This document shows, piece by piece, positions 47,860 to 57,188 of a stretch of 64,000 nt of DNA. The stretch comes from Thermoplasmata archaeon (GTDB lineage: Archaea > Thermoplasmatota > Thermoplasmata > RBG-16-68-12 > JAJISG01): positions 16,986-80,985 of the forward strand of contig JBHIBO010000002.1 of NCBI GenBank assembly GCA_046759185.1. Reading direction: 5' to 3'. The notes beneath the pieces were generated by a model. That model worked only from the letters and a program-made list of their open reading frames with translations. It was not told the DNA's origin and searched no databases. The translations under genes were made by a program, and so were the position numbers. Every line of letters starts with the position of its first letter. The stretch's first letter is position 1.

Positions 47860-48713
47860 ACCGGGAGGGAACGCGGGTCAGCAACCCGCTGGTCCTCAAC
47901 TTCCGCGCCTTTATCGGACGGGCCTACCCCCGGGTCGTCGGGACCCATAGGGAGCTGAGCTGGATCTTCTTCAATACAGTCCTGCCGCTGCTTACCATCG
48001 CGGCCTACGTCTACATCTACACGGCCCTGGACGTCCCGCAGTTCATCGGCTTCGTCATCCTCGGAGGCACGATGGTCGCCTTCTGGATGAACGTCCTGTG
48101 GAGCATGGCGGCCCAGCTGTACTGGGAGAAGGAAATTGGGAACCTCCAGCTGTATATGATGGCCCCCATGTCTCGCATGGCCCTCCTTGGGGGCATGGCC
48201 GTGGGGGGTATGGTGATGACCTCTACCCGGGCGGCCGCGACCCTGGTTCTGGGCATCCTCATCTTCCAGATCGCCATCGTCGTTGTCGACCTCCCGCTTC
48301 TCCTCGCCATCTTCTTCACCACGCTCATCGCCCTCTACGGCATGGGGATGCTCTTCGCCTCCGTCTACCTCCTCTACGGCCGCGAGGCCTGGAACATCTC
48401 CAACCTGCTTCAGGAGCCCGTCTTCCTGGGCGCCGGCTTCTACTTTCCCGTGCGTGCCTTCCTGGGCATCCTAGGTCCCGCGGGCTTCTGGGTGGCCGTC
48501 GGGGTCAGTCTCATCCCCATGACCCTGGGCCTCGACGCCATGCGGCAGCTCCTCTTCCCCGACCTCCTGGAGTGGGGCCTCCTGAACCCCCACTGGGAGC
48601 TCCTCATCCTCGTCGCCTTGGCGGTTGCCTTCGTGTTTCTAGCCCGGCGAGCGCTAGCATACCTTGAACGCCTTGCGATGCAGGAAGGGAGGCTGACCCA
48701 ACGCCATCTCTAA
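47856..48713 (+). CDS. ABC-2 type permease
   Basis: About 6 TM segments, EKEIGNL, GFYFP. Confidence 0.88.
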   Translation: MNREGTRVSNPLVLNFRAFIGRAYPRVVGTHRELSWIFFNTVLPLLTIAAYVYIYTALDVPQFIGFVILGGTMVAFWMNVLWSMAAQLYWEKEIGNLQLYMMAPMSRMALLGGMAVGGMVMTSTRAAATLVLGILIFQIAIVVVDLPLLLAIFFTTLIALYGMGMLFASVYLLYGREAWNISNLLQEPVFLGAGFYFPVRAFLGILGPAGFWVAVGVSLIPMTLGLDAMRQLLFPDLLEWGLLNPHWELLILVALAVAFVFLARRALAYLERLAMQEGRLTQRHL

Positions 48714-48748
48714 GCACGCACCTTCGGACGCTGAGGACTGCCGCTTGG

Positions 48749-49567
48749 TTGGGCTGGCAGTACAGCTCCAACTGGACGGAGCCCTGGCTCTTCGCCATCT
48801 ACTCCGTCATCAAGCCGGTGGCGGGGACCCTCATCCTGGTCGCCATCTTCTTCGTGGCCACGCTGGCGGGCGGGGCCGCCTCCTTCTCGATGCTCGCCTA
48901 CATCTTCGTCGGGAGTGCCTTCTACATGTTTGTCTTCCAGGCGTTCTTTGGCATGTTCGAGGTCATCCAGGGCGACCGGGAGTGGTTCCAGACCATCCGG
49001 TACATCTACATCTCCCCCATCAGCTACTACGCCTACGTCATCGGCCGGGGTTTCACCCAGATGATAGTGGCAGGGATTGGCGTCCTCGTCGTCCTGACCA
49101 TCGGCAGGGGGCTCTTGGGCATCCCCATCGGCTTCAACCTGACCCTGTTGCCTTTCTTCATCGCTGTTCTCCTTCTCGGACTCTTCGTCACCATCGCCAT
49201 CGGCGTGGCCATCGGAGGCATCACCTTCCTGACCGCACGTCACGGCGGCGGCATGAGCGAGGGCATTGCGGGGGTCTTCTACGTCTTCACCGGCGTGATC
49301 TTCCCACTGTCGGTCCTGCCCATCTGGGGCCAAGTCTTCGGACAGTGGATCCCCCTGACCTACTGGTTCGAAGGCCTTCGGCGCGTCCTCCTCACGAACC
49401 CTCCTCCCCAGGCGGACGCCTTCCTGCTTGCGATGCCAGAGACCACGCTCCTTCTCATCCTGGCCGTCTCGGCCGTGATCGTGGGCCTGATCTCGCTGGC
49501 GGTGTTCCGGTACGTGGAGCACCTGGCCCGGAAGAAGGGCAAAATCGACATGACCACGGCCTACTGA
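48749..49567 (+). CDS. ABC-2 type permease
   Basis: About 6 TM segments, GVIFPLSVLP.W...PLTY; real start probably slightly upstream, possibly non-canonical. Confidence 0.85.
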   Translation: MGWQYSSNWTEPWLFAIYSVIKPVAGTLILVAIFFVATLAGGAASFSMLAYIFVGSAFYMFVFQAFFGMFEVIQGDREWFQTIRYIYISPISYYAYVIGRGFTQMIVAGIGVLVVLTIGRGLLGIPIGFNLTLLPFFIAVLLLGLFVTIAIGVAIGGITFLTARHGGGMSEGIAGVFYVFTGVIFPLSVLPIWGQVFGQWIPLTYWFEGLRRVLLTNPPPQADAFLLAMPETTLLLILAVSAVIVGLISLAVFRYVEHLARKKGKIDMTTAY

Positions 49568-49899
49568 CGCCGCCGCCGTGCCTGGGCTTCCCGGCGGTAA
49601 GGGTAGCGGGAGATCCTTCCACAGGCTCTGCAGGTGACGATGACCCGGGATCTCCGGAAGCGAACGCGAGCAGCCGCCCCTGGGGCTAGGTACGCACCGC
49701 ATGCCCGGCAATAGCGACGCCGATGGGGGGCGGGGAGGGGGACGTTGTACCGCATGCCGAGGCGGCGAGCCAAGCGGGCGTATCGATCGGCCCGGGGCAG
49801 GTTTCCCCGCCGGGCCTCCTCCTCGGCGAGATCGAAGAGGATGCCCATGCGTTCCCGGGCGATCCGTCGCTCCAGCCCCTTCCTCCGGCGGCGACCCAC
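49561..49899 (-). CDS. rnp4: Ribonuclease P protein component 4 (Rpp21)
   Basis: IARERM..LF..A, RYARLA, YCRAC...L.PG...RVR...VTCRACG...RYPY. Confidence 0.92.
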   Translation of the reverse strand: MGRRRRKGLERRIARERMGILFDLAEEEARRGNLPRADRYARLARRLGMRYNVPLPAPHRRRYCRACGAYLAPGAAARVRFRRSRVIVTCRACGRISRYPYRREAQARRRRQ

Positions 49900-49966
49900 G
49901 GACTCCCCGAGGCCTCCTTGCCCTCCCGCCTCATAAGCTTTATTCCCGACCCGCGTAGACCCTGGC

Positions 49967-51055
49967 ATGGAGGCCCGGGTCCGACGGATCTTCGACGCGT
50001 TGGAGGACCCCATGGACGCGGTCGTGTTGATAAACGGGACCGAGCCGCAGATCGACAAGACCTTCTTCTACGCGACCGGGATCCAAGGCGGCATCTTCGA
50101 GGGCTGTGCGGCCGTCCTGCGGCCCGATGGGAGCTCCTCCGTTCTCTCCTCCCCCCTGGAGGCCGACATCGCCCGGTCCCAGGGCGTTACGGTGGATGTG
50201 TTCACCGGGAAGGAGGAGAAGGCTGAGGCCCTCCAGCAGCTTCTGCAGGACGCGAAGGCGATCGGCGTCAACGGCAACGAGCTGACCTACGCGAACTATC
50301 AGCTGATCCGCAAATCCGGCCCCGATGCAGAGATCCACGATGTGTCCGAGGCCGTGGCGAAGGCCCGTCAGGTCAAGGACGCCGAGGAGCTCCAGGCCAT
50401 CCGAGAGGCCTGCCGTATCGCGGTGGAGGCCTTCGAGGAACTCTTGCCCACGCTGCAGGTCGGACGGACCGAGGCAGAGGTCGCAGCCGAACTCAACTAC
50501 CTCACGCAGTCCAAGGGGGCGTCGGGTCCTGCATTTGCGCCCATCGTTGCCTCGGGCCCCAACGCGGCCCTCCCTCACCATGCCACAGGGGATCGGCGCC
50601 TCCGAGAGGGGGACTTTCTCCTGATTGACTTCGGGGCCCGGTACCGTGGCTACGTTTCCGACGTGACCCGAACCATGGTGCTGGGGAAGGCGGAGGACAG
50701 GCAGCGGCGGATGCACGAGGTTGTCCTCGACGCCGAGCAGGCGGCCATGGACGCCATGAAGCCCGGTGTCGACGGCAAGGCGGTCCACGAGATCGCCCGG
50801 GACGTCATCGACCAGACGGAGTTCAAAGGACGTTTCATCCATGGCCTGGGTCACACCATCGGGCTCGCTGTGCACGACGGCGCGGGTATGGGCCCGGCCT
50901 CCGGGGCAGCCCTCGAGGAGGGCATGGCCATGACGGTGGAGCCGGGTGTATACGTCCTGGACTATGGCGGCGTCCGCATCGAGGACGACGTGCTCGTAAC
51001 GGCCAACGGCATCGAGATTTTGACGCCCGCCACGCGGGAGTTCCTGGAACTCTAA
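49967..51055 (+). CDS. Xaa-Pro aminopeptidase (M24)
   Basis: PHH, DFGA..GY.SDVTRT, HGLGH.IGL.VHD, EPGVY, RIEDD. Confidence 0.93.
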   Translation: MEARVRRIFDALEDPMDAVVLINGTEPQIDKTFFYATGIQGGIFEGCAAVLRPDGSSSVLSSPLEADIARSQGVTVDVFTGKEEKAEALQQLLQDAKAIGVNGNELTYANYQLIRKSGPDAEIHDVSEAVAKARQVKDAEELQAIREACRIAVEAFEELLPTLQVGRTEAEVAAELNYLTQSKGASGPAFAPIVASGPNAALPHHATGDRRLREGDFLLIDFGARYRGYVSDVTRTMVLGKAEDRQRRMHEVVLDAEQAAMDAMKPGVDGKAVHEIARDVIDQTEFKGRFIHGLGHTIGLAVHDGAGMGPASGAALEEGMAMTVEPGVYVLDYGGVRIEDDVLVTANGIEILTPATREFLEL

Positions 51056-51171
51056 TCAGCGTGGGTGTGGGATTTCCTGTCCTCGAGGCAGAGGGTCCGA
51101 CCGCACGTGGGACAGAAGTAGAACTCGTCCGGGTTCCCTACGTTGACACCGCACTCGACGCACTTGGGCAT
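51052..51171 (-). CDS. Micro zinc-finger protein (39 aa, AN1/B-box-like)
   Basis: Manual translation MPKCVECGVNVGNPDEFYFCPTCGRTLCLEDRKSHTHAD; GAGGCG RBS; stop overlaps the convergent gene's stop. Confidence 0.7.
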   Translation of the reverse strand: MPKCVECGVNVGNPDEFYFCPTCGRTLCLEDRKSHTHAD

Positions 51172-51313
51172 AGCTCGCCTCGGGGACGAATGAAATCTAG
51201 ACGCCGAGCCCTCAAGAAACTATCGGGGCCACTGTCCAGACGTGCGCGCCGATTATCAGCGCAGAAAATGGCCTCATAGGGACTTTAAGCCGCCTCGGGT
51301 AGGAATCACCGCC

Positions 51314-52072
51314 TTGATCCGTTTCCCTTCCCCCAACGCCACGGGGCTCTTCGCCCTGGTGTGCCTCTCCGCGTTGCTCCTCTCCACCATCGTGCCCGAT
51401 GGTGGCGTGCCAGCGTTGGCCGTCCTCGAGGTGGCCGGGAGCGGAACCCTGCAGATCGGTGGGAACGGCACCCTCGACGCGGAACGCGTTGCGACGATGT
51501 TCCTCCTCCTTTTCGTGACGTCCCTCGTGGGTCTTTACCTCGCCTCCCGCTATCTCAAGAAGAAGGGAAGCGGGTTCTCCAAGGAGGCCATGGGCCGGAC
51601 CAAGCCGGTCTCGGAACGGGTTCCCGAGCTGGAACCGGGAGAGGCCTACCTGGTCACCCAGGGGCAGAACCGGGCCATGAAGGTCTTCACCCAGGCCATT
51701 GCCAAGGGCCACCCGGGACTCTGTATCACACGCACGTATCCCGACAAGCTGAAGGAAAGTTGGGACCTGGACGGGGCGCAGGTCTACTGGCTCACCGACG
51801 ACGGGACGAAGGCCAAGGGGGCCGTGCAGTCCCTCGCGGACATGGAGACGCGGGTGAGCAAGTTCCTGGACGGCGGGGAGAAGGGGGTCATCCTCTTGGA
51901 TGGGCTGGAGTACCTGTTTGTCCAGTACAGTTTCACGGAGGTCATGAAGCTCCTCCAGGGGCTGCGGGACGCCATGCCCTCGAGCGGTGCGAAGCTCATC
52001 ATCCCCATCGACCTGCTGGCGCTGGTGCGGCGGCAGCGGGCCCTCCTCACGCGGGAGTTCCGCCAGCTCTGA
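51314..52072 (+). CDS. Membrane-anchored DUF835 domain protein
   Basis: GLCITR..P, YWLT, VILLDGLEYL; N-terminal TM segments; start uncertain (TTG about 25 nt after CTTTAAG). Confidence 0.85.
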   Translation: MIRFPSPNATGLFALVCLSALLLSTIVPDGGVPALAVLEVAGSGTLQIGGNGTLDAERVATMFLLLFVTSLVGLYLASRYLKKKGSGFSKEAMGRTKPVSERVPELEPGEAYLVTQGQNRAMKVFTQAIAKGHPGLCITRTYPDKLKESWDLDGAQVYWLTDDGTKAKGAVQSLADMETRVSKFLDGGEKGVILLDGLEYLFVQYSFTEVMKLLQGLRDAMPSSGAKLIIPIDLLALVRRQRALLTREFRQL

Positions 52073-52081
52073 CCCGGATCC

Positions 52082-53230
52082 TCAGGACCCCTGCCCCTTA
52101 CGAAGGGCCACGTTGCGGTCCTTCTCCTGCTTGATCCGGCGCTCGAGTTGCGCCATCACCTTGTGCATGGCCTGGCCGGCATCCCAGTCGTAGTCGTGGG
52201 CGATGAGGAGGCCGTGCTCCGTCCCGAGGCGGGCACGGATGGAGTACTTGGAGCGGTCCCCCTTGTTCCGGTGGGTGACCACATGGACGTTGAAGACCGT
52301 GGGTCGGGTGATGTCCCGGATCTTCCGCAGTCCCCGGCCGATGATGGCGTAGAGGGTCTCGTACGTCCACCAGTCATCCTCATCCAGGCCCGAGATCTGG
52401 ACGAGGATCTCCTCTCGCCGACGGACTGCCACGACCTGCTCCAGGAGGTCGACCTGGGTGACGATGCCCACCGGCGACCCGTCCTCCACCACGACGACGG
52501 TGGAGATGTTGTGTTCCTGCATGAGGGCCGCCGCCTCGGCCCCGGTCCCATCAGGGCCGATGGTGATGGCTGGCGCGTTCATGACACTCCGCACCTCCAC
52601 CGCGAGGGAGATCTTCCGGCCGGCCCGCTCGCCCTGGGTGGCCCGACGGGGCCGGCCCTTGGTCAGGGCCTCGACCATGTCCTTGAGCCCCACGACGCCC
52701 GTCAACCGGCCCTGGGCGTCGACCACGGGCACGGACCGTTCGTCCAATGACCGCATCAGGTCGCGTGCCTTATCGAGGGACTCCCCCTCCTTCACCGTCT
52801 GCGGGTCCGGGGTCATGATGTCCCCGATGGGGAGCTCGGCAAACTCCTCGGCGCCGGCCAGAGCCCCCACGACGTCGCTACGCGAGATGAGGCCGACGAG
52901 GGTGTCGTCCTCCACGACCGGGAGGCCCCGGTAGCCGGAGGCGATGAGGAACTCGGCAATCTGGGTCAAGGGGTCCTCGGCCTCCACGCGCGGCGGCCTG
53001 ACGAGCACGCTGTCCACCCGGGTCGTGAGGGGCAGGTTCCTCCGCTGAAGAATGGTTGCGTAGGAGATCATCCCCACAAACTCGCCGTCCCGGGTGACGG
53101 GCATCTCGTGGAAGTCGTGGCGGCGCATGACCGCCAAGGCATCGGAGAGGGTCTCCCCCGGCTCCGTCGTGCGAGGGTCCGTGGACATCACATCCCGGAC
53201 GCGGAAGTCGTGGATGCTTCGCCGTTCCAT
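52082..53230 (-). CDS. Four-CBS-domain protein with C-terminal HPF/RaiA-like domain (HibA-like hibernation factor)
   Basis: Four CBS repeats, then VQISGL...YSIRARL.T..G...A.DYDWD...A...LERRI. Confidence 0.75.
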   Translation of the reverse strand: MERRSIHDFRVRDVMSTDPRTTEPGETLSDALAVMRRHDFHEMPVTRDGEFVGMISYATILQRRNLPLTTRVDSVLVRPPRVEAEDPLTQIAEFLIASGYRGLPVVEDDTLVGLISRSDVVGALAGAEEFAELPIGDIMTPDPQTVKEGESLDKARDLMRSLDERSVPVVDAQGRLTGVVGLKDMVEALTKGRPRRATQGERAGRKISLAVEVRSVMNAPAITIGPDGTGAEAAALMQEHNISTVVVVEDGSPVGIVTQVDLLEQVVAVRRREEILVQISGLDEDDWWTYETLYAIIGRGLRKIRDITRPTVFNVHVVTHRNKGDRSKYSIRARLGTEHGLLIAHDYDWDAGQAMHKVMAQLERRIKQEKDRNVALRKGQGS

Positions 53231-53310
53231 CCCGAGCCCTCTGCGACGGGCGGGGAGCCGAGTCGATCGGAGTCGACATCATCATATGGTCCCCTCCCAT
53301 CAAGTTTGTG

Positions 53311-53586
53311 ATGGAAACGCGAGCCCACGTCCTCTTTTTCGGGCAGGTCCAGGGCGTGTATTTCCGGGACAACACCCGTCGCAAGGCCGAGGAATTGGGT
53401 GTGCTCGGATGGGTCCGAAACCTGCGCGACGGTTCCGTCGAGGCGGTGATGGAGGGGCCCCGAGAGCGGATTGAGACTCTCATCGATTGGTGTCGCACGC
53501 GCCAACCCTATGCTCGCGTGTCGGAGGCCAAGGTCTCCTGGGAGCCGTCCGAGGGGGCCTTTTCCGATTTCTCTGTCCGCCGCTAA
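53311..53586 (+). CDS. acyP: Acylphosphatase
   Basis: GQVQGVYFR, GWVRNLRDGSVE. Confidence 0.95.
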   Translation: METRAHVLFFGQVQGVYFRDNTRRKAEELGVLGWVRNLRDGSVEAVMEGPRERIETLIDWCRTRQPYARVSEAKVSWEPSEGAFSDFSVRR

Positions 53587-54443
53587 GGACGCTCGCCGTA
53601 GAGGGCCACGATGTTGTCCTCGTGGATCCGTCGCACGTCGTCCCGGGTAATGTGTTCCTCCCGAAGGAGGGCGGCCGTGCGCTTCGGAATCGTCGTCGGG
53701 CCCAGGACCGCCCCGGGGCGTCGGGGATCGTCGAGGTAATCCGTCTCCATGAGGAACCGCGTGCCCTTCGAAGCCGCCTCGCGCACGCGTCCTCCCCTCG
53801 CAATGACCGAGGGGAAGATGCCCAGGTTCTCCGCCAGGAGGACGGACGCGTCTGCATAGTGTTTCACCACCCGTCCCCGGGCGAGGTCTACTCGATCCGC
53901 CGCGGCGGCGAGGTCTTCGAACAACCGTTCGGAGGGTGCTTCCGTGTGTAGGATGACGGGACATCCGGCATCGCGGGCAAGCTCGATCCCGTACGCCATG
54001 AGCTCGTTGGAACGCGACCAGAAGTCCTCCTCCACGGGCCAATGCGGCCGGCCGATCTCCCCGATCGCGTTCGCCTCGCCTTCCAGGACATGGGCGTGGG
54101 CGATTTCGAGGGCCGTTCGCATGACGTCTGTCCCCTGCTCGAGGCCGAACCGATCGCTGAGGGGCACGAGCTCGGCGGGATGGGGTCCCAAGGCCACCAA
54201 CACCTCCACCACCCCGAGGGCGCGTACCCGCTCGGCCATGCGCAGGGTTCGTCCGTAAGAGGCCTCGAAGTCCTGGGGGGCACGGGCCGGCAGGTCCTCG
54301 TACGGTACATGCACGAGAAGGATGCAGGTCCCACCGGCGCGGGCAAACTCCTGAACGGCCTCCACCCCTCGACCTGACGGCCGAAGGTGAACGTGATGAT
54401 CCGTGACGGGAAGACCCTTCAACTCCCTCTTGAGCGTCGTCAA
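53583..54443 (-). CDS. TatD-related archaeal deoxyribonuclease/hydrolase
   Basis: DHHVH, GPHP, GEIGRPH, LHTE, KHY, METDYLDDP.RPGAVLGP. Confidence 0.9.
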   Translation of the reverse strand: MTTLKRELKGLPVTDHHVHLRPSGRGVEAVQEFARAGGTCILLVHVPYEDLPARAPQDFEASYGRTLRMAERVRALGVVEVLVALGPHPAELVPLSDRFGLEQGTDVMRTALEIAHAHVLEGEANAIGEIGRPHWPVEEDFWSRSNELMAYGIELARDAGCPVILHTEAPSERLFEDLAAAADRVDLARGRVVKHYADASVLLAENLGIFPSVIARGGRVREAASKGTRFLMETDYLDDPRRPGAVLGPTTIPKRTAALLREEHITRDDVRRIHEDNIVALYGERP

Positions 54444-54466
54444 GGGCCCTCCGGGAGGGCGCCGCT

Positions 54467-55015
54467 TCAGCGGAGTAGGCCCGCCGCCTGAAGTTCCTCG
54501 GTGATCCGTTCCACTGCCCGCTCCACGTCGGACGGCTTACGCGCTCCCGTGCACACGAGCTTCCCGCTCCCGAAGAGGAGAACGACCACCTTCGGTTCGT
54601 CCAACCGGTATACGAGACCCGGAAACTGCTCCGGCTCGTACTCCACGCGTTCCAGGCCCAGGCTGATGGCGATGGCGTTGAGGTTGATCTCCTGCTCCAG
54701 GTCGGAAGAGGCGACGATATTCTGAACCTCAATGTCGGGGTCGGTGTTGATCTCAAGGCCCGAATCCTTGATCTGCCCCGCGACCGTCCGAATGGCCGTG
54801 CCAACGTCCTCCAAGCTCTTGGCGCCCGTGCAGACCACCTTGCCGCTGCGAAAGAGGAGAGTCGCCGTCTTGGGATCCTTCAAGCGATAGATCAGGCCCG
54901 GAAACTGCTCCGGCTCATACTCGGCCCCGCCCAAGGCGAGGGCGATGGCCTGCAGGTCCAGTTCTCCACCCAGCGAGGTGGACGCCACGACGTTCTCAAT
55001 CTTGATTTTTGCCAA
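54467..55015 (-). CDS. tbp: TATA-box-binding protein
   Basis: Two repeats of NVVAS/NIVAS...YEPEQFPGL.YR...LF.SGK.VCTGA. Confidence 0.97.
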   Translation of the reverse strand: MAKIKIENVVASTSLGGELDLQAIALALGGAEYEPEQFPGLIYRLKDPKTATLLFRSGKVVCTGAKSLEDVGTAIRTVAGQIKDSGLEINTDPDIEVQNIVASSDLEQEINLNAIAISLGLERVEYEPEQFPGLVYRLDEPKVVVLLFGSGKLVCTGARKPSDVERAVERITEELQAAGLLR

Positions 55016-55155
55016 TTGATTTCCTCCTAAACGTAAGCAGCCCTCCTTCCCCCCTTTATGTACTATTTAAAGGGCCCTTATAAAGCTTAGTCCCTCGGGC
55101 CCCTTCCGAGGGAAGGGAGAAGTACTGTCATCCCGTCGAGTGTCGGGGGAATGCG

Positions 55156-56265
55156 GTGGCCGAAATCGACTACGCGCGTCGTTGGAAGCGGTGTAGGGCT
55201 TTCATGGAGGAACAGGCCATCGACCTCCTAGCTTTGACCCCCGGTCCGAACATGACCTACATGACCGGGTTCCTCGAGACACCCGGCGAACGTCTCTTGA
55301 CCGCCCTCTTCCTCCGGGACGGGGACCCGCGGATGGTCGTGCCAGCCCTCTACGAGGAGCAGGTGGGCCGGGAAGGGTGGATCGAAGACGTTCGCGCCTG
55401 GAAGGACGGCGACGATCAGGCCGCGTTCTTGAAGGAGGCGTTGGCCGATGCGACGGGCGTGGAAAGCGTGGCCCTGGACCCGCGCATGTGGGCTCGCTTT
55501 GTCCTCATGTTCCGAGGCGCGCTACCTGGTACCGTCTTCCGGGATGCGGAGACGCTCATGCAGGAGTTGCGGATCGTGAAGGGGCCCGAAGAGGCGGCGA
55601 TTCTGCGGCGTGCCCACGAGGCCACGGACCGGGCCATGGAAATGGTGGTGAACTCGCTGAAGGCGGGCCAGCGGGAACGCGAGGTGGCCAACGCCATCCG
55701 CAATGCCCTCATGGCCGCCGGGGCCGATGCGGCCTCCTTCCGACCCATCGCCGCCTCCGGCCCCAACGGCGCGCAACCCCATTACCGGTTCGGGGATCGG
55801 AAGCTACGGCGGGGCGACCCGGTGGTCCTGGATTTCGGGGGGATGTTCGCCGGGTACTACACTGACGTGACCCGCACGGTCTTCCTCGAGAGGGCGGACG
55901 ATGAACAGCGAAGCGTCTATGAACTCGTAAGGGAGGCGAACGAGAGGGCGGTGGACGCCGCCCGAGCGGGGACCCCGGCCGAGATGGTGGACCGAGCGGC
56001 GCGAGAGGTGATCGTCGCAGGAGGCCACGGTGACGCCTTCATCCATCGCACGGGCCACGGTATCGGGCTGGAGGTCCACGAGGAGCCGTACATCGTGGAG
56101 GGCAACGGCCGGCCCCTCGAAGAGGGGATGGCCTTCAGTGTCGAGCCCGGCATCTACTTGCCTGGGCGGTTCGGGGTGCGCATCGAGAACATCGTCCTGA
56201 TGGAGAACGGCCGGGCGCAGCGCCTCGACCGGTTCCCACGGGACCTTCTGGTCATCCGGCCTTAG
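55156..56265 (+). CDS. Xaa-Pro peptidase (M24)
   Basis: PH, DFGG...TDVTRT, HRTGHGIGLEVHE, EPGIY, RIEN. Confidence 0.93.
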   Translation: MAEIDYARRWKRCRAFMEEQAIDLLALTPGPNMTYMTGFLETPGERLLTALFLRDGDPRMVVPALYEEQVGREGWIEDVRAWKDGDDQAAFLKEALADATGVESVALDPRMWARFVLMFRGALPGTVFRDAETLMQELRIVKGPEEAAILRRAHEATDRAMEMVVNSLKAGQREREVANAIRNALMAAGADAASFRPIAASGPNGAQPHYRFGDRKLRRGDPVVLDFGGMFAGYYTDVTRTVFLERADDEQRSVYELVREANERAVDAARAGTPAEMVDRAAREVIVAGGHGDAFIHRTGHGIGLEVHEEPYIVEGNGRPLEEGMAFSVEPGIYLPGRFGVRIENIVLMENGRAQRLDRFPRDLLVIRP

Positions 56266-57157
56266 GCGTCCCTTCCGCCGCTCTGACAAGCCGGGCAAGG
56301 AGCTCATTTCGAGGAGCCGGCCTCCCGGCCTCTTGGCCAAGGCGGGCAATGGCGCCGTTGATGGCTTCGATCTCCGTCCGCCGGCCCCGCTCGAGGTCTT
56401 GGAGCATGCTGGACCGATTCGCCGCCGTTCCTTGGACGACGGCGGCGACCCGCTCGAAGACAGCATCCTCCGCGAGGTCCACGTCGTAGCGCGCAGCGAC
56501 CTCCACTCCTTCTTGGATGACATTCCTGACGACCTGCTCGGTCGCTTCCGTCTGGAGCACGTAGCCGTTCGGGACCCGGAGGAGGGCCGTGAGGGGGTTG
56601 ATACAGGCATTCACGATAGCTTTCAGCCAAAGCTCCGACCGGATGTCATCCACACGGTGACTCGGCAGCCCGCTCTCGGCGAACGCCGCCACGACGTCAT
56701 CAGCGTCTTCGGGGCCGATCCCTTCGAAGGGTCCGATGTAGGTCTCCCCCTCCCCGGCATGGTGCACCTCTCCCGGTCGCACCCAGGTGATGCCCTGGTT
56801 GGTTACGCCCCCCAAGACCCGGGCCCCCGCCGCTGCCAGGGTCTCCTCGTTGCCGAGGCCGTTCTGGAGGGATAGGAACAGCGCCTGTCCCGTCAGGGGT
56901 GCGAGGGTACGGGCGGCATGCTCCGTGTCGTAGGCCTTGACAGCGACGATGACCACGTCTGGGTCCGCGTCGGGGGGGATGCCCTCCTCGGCCGTTGGAC
57001 GTGCGATCAGCTGGGTTTTCCCTGTGATCTGCAGCCCTCGCTCGCGAATCGCCTCCACGTGGGCTCTCCGCCCTACAAGGACGGTTTCGTGTTGCTGAGA
57101 GAGAAGTCCCCCTACCAGGCTTCCCATTGCCCCGGCTCCAAACACCAGGAAGCGCAC
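56252..57157 (-). CDS. panE: 2-dehydropantoate 2-reductase
   Basis: GAGAMG, VKAYD, LQNG, W.K..VN..INP, SSMLQD...GRRTEIE. Confidence 0.93.
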   Translation of the reverse strand: MRFLVFGAGAMGSLVGGLLSQQHETVLVGRRAHVEAIRERGLQITGKTQLIARPTAEEGIPPDADPDVVIVAVKAYDTEHAARTLAPLTGQALFLSLQNGLGNEETLAAAGARVLGGVTNQGITWVRPGEVHHAGEGETYIGPFEGIGPEDADDVVAAFAESGLPSHRVDDIRSELWLKAIVNACINPLTALLRVPNGYVLQTEATEQVVRNVIQEGVEVAARYDVDLAEDAVFERVAAVVQGTAANRSSMLQDLERGRRTEIEAINGAIARLGQEAGRPAPRNELLARLVRAAEGTPKAG

Positions 57158-57188
57158 GGCGTTCCATCCCCCCGGGTGATAAAAAGGC

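Noticed and set aside
47945-47952. Apparent TAG inside the permease gene (possible pyrrolysine)
   Set aside because: Out of frame; the reading is CAT AGG (His-Arg)
53188-54804. 538-aa Arg/Pro-rich minus-strand ORF and similar long overlapping ORFs (e.g. 12121-13893, 9601-11214, 23254-24390)
   Set aside because: Alternative-frame or antisense artefacts of high GC content over well-supported genes
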